From assembly GCA_045125955.1 (NCBI GenBank), contig JBGVNV010000106.1:667-64666 (forward strand): DNA of 64,000 nt, read 5' to 3'. Numbering within the stretch: the first letter of the stretch is position 1; each line of letters starts with the position of its first letter. Shown here in pieces: positions 37,591 to 46,994 of this stretch. The notes below the pieces were generated by a model. It searched no databases. It was given only the letters and a program-made list of their open reading frames with translations, and had not been told where the DNA came from. Source of the stretch: Faecousia sp. Its GTDB lineage: Bacteria > Bacillota > Clostridia > Oscillospirales > Oscillospiraceae. Made by a program: the position numbers and the translations under genes.

Positions 37591-38205
37591 GTGGTTAGAA
37601 TAAAATTGATTTTTGTGCGGCACGGAAAAGACGATGATAGATATCGTGGGGGATGGAGTAGTTTAGACTTAATTCCAGAGGGCGTGGAGCAAGCAAAGCA
37701 ACTTGCAAAGCATATCAAGGATAATAACCACACCTACCAAATTGCACATATTCTATCAAGTGACTTGACCAGAACTTTAAGCACGGCGAAGATAATATCA
37801 TGTGAGTTATCTTTGCCTATTCAAAATGAATCTCAAATAAGAGAAGTAAATAATGGTGATTTGGCAGGGATGCTCAATGATACTGTGCTTAAACAATATC
37901 CTGGATTATTTTTTCATTCATTAGAAATGGATGAAGCTTATCCCAATGGAGAAAGTCCCAATGAGTTTTACTTACGAATAAAAAAGTGGTTTTCAGGCGT
38001 TATCTGCAATTACCATAATGCGAAAAGTAACGTTCTGGTTGTAACACACGGCGGTGTGATTAATGTTGTTTATCATTTGGTTAAGGGTATTGAATGGAAC
38101 AACAAAAGTCGCATGTTGAAAGCAGGTAATTGTAGCATTCATGTTCTAAATATGGACACAATGGAATTTGAGGTAGAGAACAGAATGGATTTCCTTTTAG
38201 AGTAA
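37591..38205 (+). CDS. histidine phosphatase (phosphoglycerate mutase) family protein in a low-GC islet
   Basis: FVRHG, SSDLTRT and VTHGGVI motifs. Start codon uncertain. Confidence 0.8.
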   Translation: MVRIKLIFVRHGKDDDRYRGGWSSLDLIPEGVEQAKQLAKHIKDNNHTYQIAHILSSDLTRTLSTAKIISCELSLPIQNESQIREVNNGDLAGMLNDTVLKQYPGLFFHSLEMDEAYPNGESPNEFYLRIKKWFSGVICNYHNAKSNVLVVTHGGVINVVYHLVKGIEWNNKSRMLKAGNCSIHVLNMDTMEFEVENRMDFLLE

Positions 38206-38245
38206 GTAAATAGGATAATTCAAATTTGACGAAGGAGTTGACAGA

Positions 38246-38464
38246 ATGAATAAGAAGCTTTGGCGGACCCTGTTGGTGCTTGGGATCGTTCCGGTTTTGA
38301 TCCCGTTCTTTGGGTTTGGGTATGAAATGCTCAATGGTTCCGGTTGGACCTTGCTTGATTATTTGGTTTTGTATTCCTTCCTCTATTGGCCCACCTATCT
38401 TGTGGGGCTGGTTCTGATCGTCCTTGCTGTGTGTAAGCTGAGAGGGAGAAAAGTCCATGCGTGA
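38246..38464 (+). CDS. small 2-3 TM membrane protein
   Basis: 72-aa hydrophobic ORF; overlaps the next gene by 8 nt. Confidence 0.5.
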   Translation: MNKKLWRTLLVLGIVPVLIPFFGFGYEMLNGSGWTLLDYLVLYSFLYWPTYLVGLVLIVLAVCKLRGRKVHA

Positions 38465-39104
38465 ACGGATCATCGCGGATATCCGCCTGTTCAAGAGCGA
38501 GGGCCGAACCGAGTCCGGGCATTTTGATATGGTTTCCTTTGGGGATAAGAAGCTGAACGCCATCGTAAAGCGGATCGTCATGAAATTACGGGAAAATGGC
38601 TTCTCCATGGGGGAGTTTGACCATCTTTACATCAATTTCACTCTCTGTGAGCTTTCCGTGCCCATGGAGCTGTCCCGGGAGGTGGACCGATATCACCCTT
38701 GGTTTCGGCATTGCCATGTCCGGGTGGCGCGGGAGGTCTATGAGAGCCTGGGCACGGTGGACGGCTATGGGCACATCATCCCCATCATTGGCGATGTCCT
38801 GACGGCCTTTTTCGCCCGTGCGGATTTTGACGCGGACAGGATCCGCAACTGCATTCAGGAGGCCATCACCGGGGGCGAGGGAATGTTGATGCCCTTCAAG
38901 GAAAAGACCACCGCCAAACGCCGTGCTGTCATCTACCTGCGGTTTCTGGATTCCTGCAGATACGCGCCGCTTTTGCGGGTGTACGATGGGGCAGGCGATC
39001 TGCTCCTGGAGCGGGACCTGCCGCAGATGGTCACGCTGGATGCCATCGGAGAACTTCAGGTGGCCATGAAAAAAGTGACCGTAAAACCCCGGAAAATGCC
39101 CTGA
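38457..39104 (+). CDS. hypothetical cytoplasmic protein
   Basis: 215-aa ORF with native codon usage and no recognisable motif. Confidence 0.55.
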   Translation: MRERIIADIRLFKSEGRTESGHFDMVSFGDKKLNAIVKRIVMKLRENGFSMGEFDHLYINFTLCELSVPMELSREVDRYHPWFRHCHVRVAREVYESLGTVDGYGHIIPIIGDVLTAFFARADFDADRIRNCIQEAITGGEGMLMPFKEKTTAKRRAVIYLRFLDSCRYAPLLRVYDGAGDLLLERDLPQMVTLDAIGELQVAMKKVTVKPRKMP

Positions 39105-39140
39105 CCGCCGGGAAGAAGCCGATCATCTTTGGATATTGAC

Positions 39141-39177
39141 AAAAAAGAAATGCCGCTCAAAGCGGCATTTCTTTTTT
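39141..39177. terminator. bidirectional terminator
   Basis: aaaaaagaaatgccgct-caa-agcggcatttctttttt. Confidence 0.7.
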
Positions 39178-39188
39178 GACATCTTGCG

Positions 39189-40865
39189 TTACTTTCCGAA
39201 AATGCGCTCGGCCAGGGTGGGCTTGCGGTCGCGGAGCATGGTGTTGTAGACCTCCCGCAGCTGCTGGTACCAGTCGGGGGCGGTGCGGCTGTCGATGCCG
39301 CTGTGGAGCCAGGTGCAGGCGGGGAGCCGTGCATCACCGAACTTTGCCGCGAACTGCTTGTCCAGGCCGAAGGCCAGGGCGTAGGGGGACAGCTCGAAAT
39401 AGTAATTTCGGTTGGAGGCCAGGATGCGCCGGAGCTCCTCGGACCGGGACTTGCGCATATACCGCCGCAGACCCAGGATCTCCGTGTAGATGCGGATGCC
39501 GTTGTCGCTGCGCCGTCCGCCGTAGAAGGCCATGATGCCGGCGACAATGTTCCAGGCCAGGGCACCCAGGGCGTAGCCGGTGCAGCCGCAGAGGATGCCC
39601 GCGATCATCAGGCCGATGGCGGCGAAGAGGCCCAGCTTCAGGCTGGACTTGCCCCGGAAATGGAGCTCGCCCATGCCCTCCTGGATGAGCCAGCAGAGGA
39701 TCAGACCCAGCAGACCCAGCGCGGCCATGAGGATGGGACGCCAGGTGTGGCTGGTGGCGATGGTGTCGCCCATGGCGACGGCTGCGAAGGCACCCAGCAG
39801 GGCGGACAGGAGCCGGAAGAGCTTCTCGCTGTTCTTGGGGCTGATGTAGCCGTTGGACTTGCGGCGGCTCATGGCGGCGCATTTTTCACAGACCCGCTGG
39901 AACCGCTGGCTGGACACGTCCATCATCTGCTTCCGGCCGAAGAGGTCCCGGAAGCACCGCAGCTCAAAGGTGCTGCGCTCGTTGCCCATGTCCATCTTCT
40001 TGTGGAGGAACACACGTCCGTTGTCGTCCAGATGAATGATGAGGTAGCCAAGCTGGGCCCATTGCAGGACCATGACGGGGAGCTGTGCGGTCTTGCGGAC
40101 CAGGTAGGCAGCCATTTCACCGGCGCAGATGCCCTCCGGCACCGTGGCCCGGCGCAGAGCCAGGTGGGGGATGCAGCGCATGGTCAGCAGCCAGTAGAGC
40201 AGAGCCAGTGCCGCGCAAACGGCCATGGCGGCGGCATCGAAGGTCAGGCTACCGCCGAAGGTCTGACTGGCAGGGAACATGCCCTCCACAGCCTCCAGCT
40301 CCAGGAACAGGGTCTCGCTGTCCTTCAGGGGCTGGACCACACTGCCGCTGATGGAACCACCGCTGATGGTTCCGTTCATCTGGCGTTCGATGTCCTGGCC
40401 GTGGTAGCCGCTGTAGAAGGTGGGGATGGTGGAGAATTCCTTGGGCATGGTGACGGTGAAGGTCATCTCCTCCACATTGTAGGGGAAGCCGTAGAGCAGG
40501 GGAACGGTGACCATCTGCTTGCCGTCTTCATTTACCTCCACCACGGAGTTGACGACATAGCTGATGGAGCAGGAATAGAGCCCTGTCTTGCCGTCCAGAT
40601 GGCTCAGGTTCACACTGGTGATGCCGCCGGACTGGGTCACGGGGGCGGCGGAGCCGTTGAGGGTGACGGAATGGATGTCCTTGCCCAGGGGGAATTTCAG
40701 ACCCCGTGCGGGATCGTCCAGGCGGATGTCCGCCTCGATGGTGACGTGACACTCGCCGTTGGCCTTGACCTCGGCGGCGGTATGGACCCGGGTGGCGGCA
40801 TTTTTGGCCCCCACGGGAATGGCAAAGAGAACGATGCAGAGCACAAGCGCGAGGATACGGCGCAT
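39189..40865 (-). CDS. DUF2207-family membrane protein
   Basis: Signal peptide, a beta-rich ectodomain, then multiple TM helices and a C-terminal cytoplasmic tail. Confidence 0.8.
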   Translation of the reverse strand: MRRILALVLCIVLFAIPVGAKNAATRVHTAAEVKANGECHVTIEADIRLDDPARGLKFPLGKDIHSVTLNGSAAPVTQSGGITSVNLSHLDGKTGLYSCSISYVVNSVVEVNEDGKQMVTVPLLYGFPYNVEEMTFTVTMPKEFSTIPTFYSGYHGQDIERQMNGTISGGSISGSVVQPLKDSETLFLELEAVEGMFPASQTFGGSLTFDAAAMAVCAALALLYWLLTMRCIPHLALRRATVPEGICAGEMAAYLVRKTAQLPVMVLQWAQLGYLIIHLDDNGRVFLHKKMDMGNERSTFELRCFRDLFGRKQMMDVSSQRFQRVCEKCAAMSRRKSNGYISPKNSEKLFRLLSALLGAFAAVAMGDTIATSHTWRPILMAALGLLGLILCWLIQEGMGELHFRGKSSLKLGLFAAIGLMIAGILCGCTGYALGALAWNIVAGIMAFYGGRRSDNGIRIYTEILGLRRYMRKSRSEELRRILASNRNYYFELSPYALAFGLDKQFAAKFGDARLPACTWLHSGIDSRTAPDWYQQLREVYNTMLRDRKPTLAERIFGK

Positions 40866-40936
40866 GGCATCACCTCCAAAAATTGCATGATTTTACATTA
40901 TACTACGGTTTCAGACCAAATGCAACGGGAAAAATC

Positions 40937-42229
40937 TTAAGATTCCAGGATCTCGCCCAGTACGCCGTCCCGGAAGACTACCGTAATGCGCACCTCGCGG
41001 ACCTGGTTGTGCAGGTCCTGACCTTCGGCGTAGACCCGGACATAGTTGGGGGCATGGCCGGTGAAGAGGCCCTCGGCGGGCTCCTCAAAGAGGACCTGCT
41101 GAACGGTTCCCACCAGGGAAGCCCGGTAGCGGGCGGTCATCTCCTCGGCAATGGCGATGGCCCGGCGGCTTCGCTCGGATTTGACGGCGTTGGGGTGCTG
41201 TCCGGGCATTTTGTCCGCAGGGGTGCCGGGACGGCGGGAGTAGGGGAAGATGTGCATCTCCGCGAAGGCGCATTTCTGGATGAAAGCGAGAGATTCGGCG
41301 TATTCCTCCTCGGTCTCGCCGGGGAAGGCCACGATCATGTCCGTGGTCAGGGCACAGCCGGGGAAGTATTTGCGCAGGAGCTCGATGGATTCATAGTAGC
41401 GGGCGGTGTCATACTTGCGCTTCATCCGGGCCAGCACCGTGTCGGAGCCGGACTGCATGGACAGATGGAAATGGGGGCAGAGGTTGGGGAATTTCGACAG
41501 CTTCTCGCAGAATTCCTCGGTGATGACCCGGGGCTCCAGGGAGCCAAGGCGGACACGCAGATCGGGGACCGCCTGACAGATGGCCTCGATCAGCGTGACC
41601 ATGCTGGGTTTGCCGGGCAGGTCCACGCCCCAGGAGGCGATCTCGATGCCCGTCACCACGATCTCCCGGAAGCCCTGGCTTTCCAGGTCCTTCGCCTGCG
41701 CCACCGCCAGCTCCAGAGGGGCAGAGCGGACAGGGCCCCGGGTGTAGGGGATGATGCAGTAGGAGCAGAAATTCACACAGCCGTCCTGGACTTTCAGCAT
41801 GGCCCGGGTCCGCTCGGAAAGGCCGCCGGCGGGCAGGACCTCGAAGCTCCGGCGGCGCAGGGCCGCGTCCACATCCATGCGCATCTGGCGGTCCATGAGG
41901 GCCGCGAGCATCATGTCGATGAAGTTCTCCCGGCCCGCAGAGCCGGAGACCACATCCACGCCCAGCTCCTTCACGGCCTCCTGGGCGTGCTGGCTGTAGC
42001 AGCCGCAGACACCGATGACCGCATCGGGATGGTTTTTCCGGCACCGCCGGATCAGGGAGCGGTTTTTCCGGTCCGCCTCGCCGGTGACGGAGCAGGTGTT
42101 GACGATGTAGCCGTCGCAGTCTTCGTCAAACCGGCAGATCTCATGACCCCGGTCCCGGAGCAGCTGCTCCATGGCCTGGGTCTCATATTGGTTTACCTTA
42201 CAGCCGAAGGTATGAAAAGCAAATCTCAT
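40937..42229 (-). CDS. mtaB: tRNA threonylcarbamoyladenosine methylthiotransferase MtaB (radical SAM)
   Basis: FHTFGCKVNQYE N-terminus, CVNFCSYC radical SAM motif, and a C-terminal TRAM-like region. Confidence 0.85.
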   Translation of the reverse strand: MRFAFHTFGCKVNQYETQAMEQLLRDRGHEICRFDEDCDGYIVNTCSVTGEADRKNRSLIRRCRKNHPDAVIGVCGCYSQHAQEAVKELGVDVVSGSAGRENFIDMMLAALMDRQMRMDVDAALRRRSFEVLPAGGLSERTRAMLKVQDGCVNFCSYCIIPYTRGPVRSAPLELAVAQAKDLESQGFREIVVTGIEIASWGVDLPGKPSMVTLIEAICQAVPDLRVRLGSLEPRVITEEFCEKLSKFPNLCPHFHLSMQSGSDTVLARMKRKYDTARYYESIELLRKYFPGCALTTDMIVAFPGETEEEYAESLAFIQKCAFAEMHIFPYSRRPGTPADKMPGQHPNAVKSERSRRAIAIAEEMTARYRASLVGTVQQVLFEEPAEGLFTGHAPNYVRVYAEGQDLHNQVREVRITVVFRDGVLGEILES

Positions 42230-42354
42230 AGGAATACCACCATTGGGAAAATTCGGGACATAATATCCCTGATAACATTATACAGGAAAAAAGGTCGGTT
42301 GTACAGAAGAAAAAAACTGCACCGCAGAAGCGGCGCAGTTGATTTGATTCGGCA

Positions 42355-43788
42355 TTAAATTGCAGCGGGCTCTGCCACCAGATCGGGCTCCAGGGGGCAG
42401 TCGTAGCCGCTGGCGGCGGTTTCCTTGAACTCCTCCCGGGCATCGGTCAGGATGTCAGGGGAGGTCATCAGGTCAGCGGCGGTGCCAGCCAGGACCATTC
42501 CCGCGTAGAGCATGGCCTTGTGGGCGAAGCTCGTTTTGCCGGTGGAGACCATCTGCCAGCTATGGCCGGGGCAGTTGCTGGCCCAGGTGGCGGCACTGAA
42601 CTGGGCGGTGGGAGTCAGCCAGCTCACATCGCCCACGTCCGTGGAGCCGGGGCTCATGTAGTCCGAGGGAACGTAGGGCATGACGAAATCGTTGATGGCA
42701 TTCTGACCGTCCCAGGTCCAGTCCCGAACCTGCTTGCGCACCCGCCAGTCGTACTTGTGGCCGGTGCCGGGGAGATCCCGGCAGTCGTAGGTGTTGTGGA
42801 TGGCCTCGATGAAGGTCCGCTCCGCGCCGGAGTAGACGGGCAGGGGAGCCGCCTCCAGATTCTTCTGGATCAGCCGCTCCAGGACCGTGTTGCTGAGCGT
42901 GCTGGCGGTGCCGTCCACCTGACGGATGGAGACTGTGGTGCCGGTCATGAGGCTGGCACCTCTTGCGATGTTGTGGACCCGCTCCAGCAGGACCTTGGCA
43001 TTGCGGACATTGTCACTGCGGACCATGTACAGCACAGAGGCGGTGGGCTGGACCACATTGGGGCTGGGACCGCCCACATCCAGGAAGGAGTAGTGGACGC
43101 TTTCACAGCCGCGCATGTGCTCCCGGAGGAACTGGACGCCCACATTCATGAGCTCTGCGGCATCCAGGGCACTGCGGCCCAGGTGGGGATCACCGGCGGC
43201 GTGGGCGGTGACACCCTGGAAGGAGTAGAGATACTGCAGGCAGGCGGCGTTGGAGCCGGTGCGGACCTCGTTGACATCGCCGGGGTGCCAGGTGATGGCG
43301 GCATCCAGATCCCGGAATTCGCCGTCCCGGGCCATGAAGGTCTTACCGGCACAGCCCTCCTCGCCGGGACAGCCGTAGAAAACCACGGTGCCATGGAGCT
43401 TGCCCTCCTCAATGAGCTTCTTGACGGCCACAGCCGCCGCCAGGGAGCCCGCGCCCAGGAGATTGTGTCCACAGCCGTGACCGTGACCGCCGGGGACCAG
43501 GGGGACCTTGTGGGCCACGCCGGGCTTCTGGGACAGGGAGGACAGGGCATCGTATTCCGCCAGAATGCCGATCCGGGGACGGCCCTCGCCGTAGGTTGCC
43601 ACAAAGGCGGTGGGCACATTGGCGGCCTTTTCCCGGACGGTGAAGCCTTCCTTTTTCAGAAAGTCCAGATAGCATGCCACGGACTTGTATTCGTTCAGAC
43701 TCAGCTCCGCAAATTCCCAGATCTTGTCGGAAATGCCGATGAATTCATCGGCTCGGGATTGGATGTAATCGTAGATGGATTGTTTCAT
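42355..43788 (-). CDS. M20-family amidohydrolase (AbgB-like)
   Basis: EYDALSSL...GHGCGHNLLG and about 477 aa in length. Confidence 0.85.
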   Translation of the reverse strand: MKQSIYDYIQSRADEFIGISDKIWEFAELSLNEYKSVACYLDFLKKEGFTVREKAANVPTAFVATYGEGRPRIGILAEYDALSSLSQKPGVAHKVPLVPGGHGHGCGHNLLGAGSLAAAVAVKKLIEEGKLHGTVVFYGCPGEEGCAGKTFMARDGEFRDLDAAITWHPGDVNEVRTGSNAACLQYLYSFQGVTAHAAGDPHLGRSALDAAELMNVGVQFLREHMRGCESVHYSFLDVGGPSPNVVQPTASVLYMVRSDNVRNAKVLLERVHNIARGASLMTGTTVSIRQVDGTASTLSNTVLERLIQKNLEAAPLPVYSGAERTFIEAIHNTYDCRDLPGTGHKYDWRVRKQVRDWTWDGQNAINDFVMPYVPSDYMSPGSTDVGDVSWLTPTAQFSAATWASNCPGHSWQMVSTGKTSFAHKAMLYAGMVLAGTAADLMTSPDILTDAREEFKETAASGYDCPLEPDLVAEPAAI

Positions 43789-43815
43789 ATCGTTATGGTA
43801 CCTTAATCTATAAAA

Positions 43816-44631
43816 TTATTCAGAAGTGTGCTCTTTCACAGTGATGCCCGCCAGCGTTAGAGCCTGGGCATACCACTTGGGGTAATAGCCTGCGGCATCG
43901 GCCTTGGCCAGCAGTTCATTGACGGCCTCGGTCAGCTCCGTATCCCCCTTTTGCAGGAGGATCAGATTGTCGGTCAGCTCCTCGGAGACGGAAAAGCGGA
44001 AGGGGGCCATGGCAAGATCGGACTGGGCCGCCAGAATGGCAACGGCGTTGCCCTCGGCAACTGCCATGGCATCGATCTTACCCTGCAGCAGCAGCGCAAG
44101 TCCCTGATCCAGATCCTCAAAGGGAACGCAGACCCCGTCGGGAAGCTGGTCGCTGACCAGCCACTCCTGCAGGGAGGCCGCCTGGGCACCGATCTGCAGT
44201 CCGGCAAAGGCGGCGGGGGAGTCAAGAGCCGCAGACAAATCGGCACGGACCAGCAGAAGCTGATTGTTGCTGTTGTTTCCGGCCCGGTAGGTGTCGGAGA
44301 GATTAAACCGCTCCGCACGGTCGGGAAGCCAGCTGAAGCCGGAGATGGCCATGTCCACATCGCCGTTTTCCAGAGAGGACTGGCACTCCTCAAAGCTCAT
44401 GGGCACGATCTCCAGCTCCATCCCCAGGCCATCCGCCAGATACCGGGCAAGGGAAACATCAAAGCCCACGAACCGGTCCTGACCGGATTTGGACTCATCG
44501 AGAAACTCCATGGGCGGAAAATCCGGGGACATGGCCACACGCAGGAGGGGCTTTTCCGGACGGTCACAGGCGCACAGAGTCATGAGCAACATAATCGCCA
44601 GGATCAGGGCGAGAACCTTCTTCATCTGCAT
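43816..44631 (-). CDS. amino-acid ABC transporter substrate-binding lipoprotein
   Basis: Lipobox LMTLCAC and a periplasmic-binding-protein type 3 layout. Confidence 0.8.
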   Translation of the reverse strand: MQMKKVLALILAIMLLMTLCACDRPEKPLLRVAMSPDFPPMEFLDESKSGQDRFVGFDVSLARYLADGLGMELEIVPMSFEECQSSLENGDVDMAISGFSWLPDRAERFNLSDTYRAGNNSNNQLLLVRADLSAALDSPAAFAGLQIGAQAASLQEWLVSDQLPDGVCVPFEDLDQGLALLLQGKIDAMAVAEGNAVAILAAQSDLAMAPFRFSVSEELTDNLILLQKGDTELTEAVNELLAKADAAGYYPKWYAQALTLAGITVKEHTSE

Positions 44632-44693
44632 CAGCTTCCTTTCGTTGACGGTATTTTCCAATTATACCCCGATACAGAAGAAAATGCAACAGA

Positions 44694-44727
44694 AAAACCG
44701 CCTGTCCCCAACGGGACAGGCAGTTTT
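44694..44727. terminator. hairpin terminator after the COG0523 operon
   Basis: aaaaaccgcctgtccc-caac-gggacaggcagtttt. Confidence 0.6.
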
Positions 44728-44735
44728 AAGAAAAA

Positions 44736-45677
44736 TCAGAAGGTGCAGACCTCCTCCACGGCGGGAGCCGCGGGGGTGACGGAGATGGCGGTGAGCACGG
44801 GGCCCATCTCGCCCTGGTACAGGCGGTGCTTCTCGGCGGAGATGGTGGCCTCCACCATGACCCAGGAACGGGACTTCAGCTCCTTGGAGCCGGGCCACTT
44901 GCAGGGCAGGCCGCAGAACTGGATATCATCGGCACAGCAGGTCATGATGAACCGGCCGGGGGCGAACATGCCGTTCTTGTCCCGGCGGAGCATGGCCACC
45001 TGGGCCTTGTAGCGGACGGTCTTGCCCATGTACTTATTGGGTTCCTCGGTCACGTCCCGGAACCACAGGGCGTAGTCGTCGTCCTCGATCTGGATAACGG
45101 GAGCGTTGATATCAAAGGGCAGGGGGTCTTCGATGTCGTCAAACTGGGTGGAGCCGTCGGTGAACTCATACATGATGTCCACCCGGCGGGAGGCGGCGCG
45201 GGCGATCTTGTGGAAGGGCATGATGTCCGCATCCTTCTCCAGGCGGTTGAAAACCACCATCTGGGCACCGGTCAGCTTGTCCATGACCAGATTGCGCATG
45301 TTGGCGTTGTAGGCCATGAAGGTGGTGGAGTCGGCGAACATGACCTCCTGGGCGATGACCCAGTCCTCGGGGAACCGGGCGTAGAGGTCGCCGACGAGCT
45401 GCATGCCGTTGAGCTCCGCCACGATGCGCTCGGGGCGGTGCTTCTTGACCAGGGCCTTCAGGTCCTTCTCGGTGACGGTCTCCTGGTCCAGGACCTCCAG
45501 ATAGACATTCTGGTGGGGGTAGGTGGAGAAATCGTACTCCTCCTCACCCTCCTCGAAGACCAGCAGCAGCGTCCGCTCGCCGGCGTTGAAGCGTTCGTCC
45601 TCCAGGGTCTCCTGGATGAATTTGGTCTTACCGGAATCCAGGAAACCGGTAAATGCATATACGGGAATTTCAGTCAT
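44736..45677 (-). CDS. fusion of a degenerate COG0523/G3E-like N-domain with a DUF1980 (TIGR03943-like) C-domain
   Basis: Walker-A-like GFLDSGKT but no CxCC motif. The C-terminus FIMTCCADDIQFCGLPC...WVMVEA matches the DUF1980 pattern. Confidence 0.7.
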   Translation of the reverse strand: MTEIPVYAFTGFLDSGKTKFIQETLEDERFNAGERTLLLVFEEGEEEYDFSTYPHQNVYLEVLDQETVTEKDLKALVKKHRPERIVAELNGMQLVGDLYARFPEDWVIAQEVMFADSTTFMAYNANMRNLVMDKLTGAQMVVFNRLEKDADIMPFHKIARAASRRVDIMYEFTDGSTQFDDIEDPLPFDINAPVIQIEDDDYALWFRDVTEEPNKYMGKTVRYKAQVAMLRRDKNGMFAPGRFIMTCCADDIQFCGLPCKWPGSKELKSRSWVMVEATISAEKHRLYQGEMGPVLTAISVTPAAPAVEEVCTF

Positions 45678-45687
45678 GATGTTCTCC

Positions 45688-46974
45688 TTACAGGCCGAAG
45701 AGCTTGCAGATAGCGGCCTCGTCCAGCTTGGAGCCGATGACGCACAGGCGGCCCATCACATCGGCAGAGCCGAAGCGGACGTTGTGTTCGCCGGGGACGA
45801 AGTCAAAGTGGATCCACTTGCCGTCCTCGCCGGCCACGATGCCCTTGGCGCGCAGAATGATGCCGTACTCGCCGGAATCAAACTCCTCCAGGATCTGGGC
45901 GATCTGATCGGCAGTGTACTTCCTGGCAGTCTCACGGCCCCAGGAGGTGAAGACCTCGTCGGCGTGGTGATGATGGTGATGATCATGGTCGTGGCAGCCG
46001 CAGGTGCACTCCTCACCGTGCTCATGATGGTGGTGATGCTCGTGGTCATGATGATGACCGCAGCCGCACTCCTCGCCGTGCTCGTGGTGGTGATGATGCT
46101 CATGCTCATGGTGGTCGTGACCACAGCAGCAATCTTCGCCATGCTCGTGATGGTGATGGTGCTCATGCTCGTGGTGGTCGTGACCGCAGCAGCACTCCTC
46201 ACCGTGCTCATGATGGTGCTCGTGATGGTCGTGACCACAGCAGCACTCCTCATCGTGCTCGTGGTGATGGTGATGCTCATGATGGTCATGGCCGCAACAG
46301 CAGTGCTCGTCATGGTCATGATGGTGGTGATGATGCTCGTGCTCGGTCTCCTCCATGTGCTTGGCCAGGGTGTGCTCGCCCTCGAAAGCGGCGATGAGCT
46401 GCTCAGCGGTCAGGTCCTCCCAGGGGGTGGTGACGATGGTGGCGTGGTCGTTGTGCTGGCGGATCAGCTCCAGAGCAGTATCCAGCTTCTTCTCAGAAAT
46501 GCCGGTGGTACGGGACAGGATGATGGTGGAGGCGGTCTCGATCTGGTTGTTGTAGAACTCACCGAAGTTCTTCATGTAGACCTTGACCTTGTTGGCGTCG
46601 GCCACAGCAACGGCGTAGCCCAGCTCCACATCATGGCCCACCACCTTCTTCACGGCACCGATGACGTCGGACAGCTTGCCAACGCCGGAGGGCTCGATGA
46701 TGACCCGGTCGGGGTGATACTCGGAGATGACCTTCTCCAGAGCCTTGCCGAAGTCGCCCACCAGGGAGCAGCAGATGCAGCCGGAATTCATCTCGGTGAT
46801 GTTGATGCCGGCATCCTGCAGAAAGCCGCCGTCAATGCCGATCTCGCCAAACTCGTTCTCGATGAGAACCAGTTTCTGGCCCTTGTAGCCCTCGGCGATC
46901 AACTTCTTGATGAGGGTGGTCTTGCCGGCTCCCAGGAAGCCGGAGTAGATGTCGATTTTAGTCATATTCTTCAT
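45688..46974 (-). CDS. COG0523 (CobW/ZigA-type) metallochaperone GTPase with a giant His/Cys-rich insert
   Basis: GFLGAGKTT (Walker A), GCICCS (CxCC) and IIEPSGV. Residues ~207-337 are almost entirely H, E, D, C and G. Confidence 0.85.
   Translation of the reverse strand: MKNMTKIDIYSGFLGAGKTTLIKKLIAEGYKGQKLVLIENEFGEIGIDGGFLQDAGINITEMNSGCICCSLVGDFGKALEKVISEYHPDRVIIEPSGVGKLSDVIGAVKKVVGHDVELGYAVAVADANKVKVYMKNFGEFYNNQIETASTIILSRTTGISEKKLDTALELIRQHNDHATIVTTPWEDLTAEQLIAAFEGEHTLAKHMEETEHEHHHHHHDHDEHCCCGHDHHEHHHHHEHDEECCCGHDHHEHHHEHGEECCCGHDHHEHEHHHHHEHGEDCCCGHDHHEHEHHHHHEHGEECGCGHHHDHEHHHHHEHGEECTCGCHDHDHHHHHHADEVFTSWGRETARKYTADQIAQILEEFDSGEYGIILRAKGIVAGEDGKWIHFDFVPGEHNVRFGSADVMGRLCVIGSKLDEAAICKLFGL
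45964..46356 (-). repeat. in-frame tandem coding repeats (about 6 units of HEHGEECCCGHDHHEHEHHHH)
   Basis: Periodic 60-66-nt units are visible in the DNA and the translation. They also generate the spurious alternative-frame ORFs 45756..46319 and 45523..47001. Confidence 0.85.
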
Positions 46975-46994
46975 AACCTCCGTTTTGAGATATG

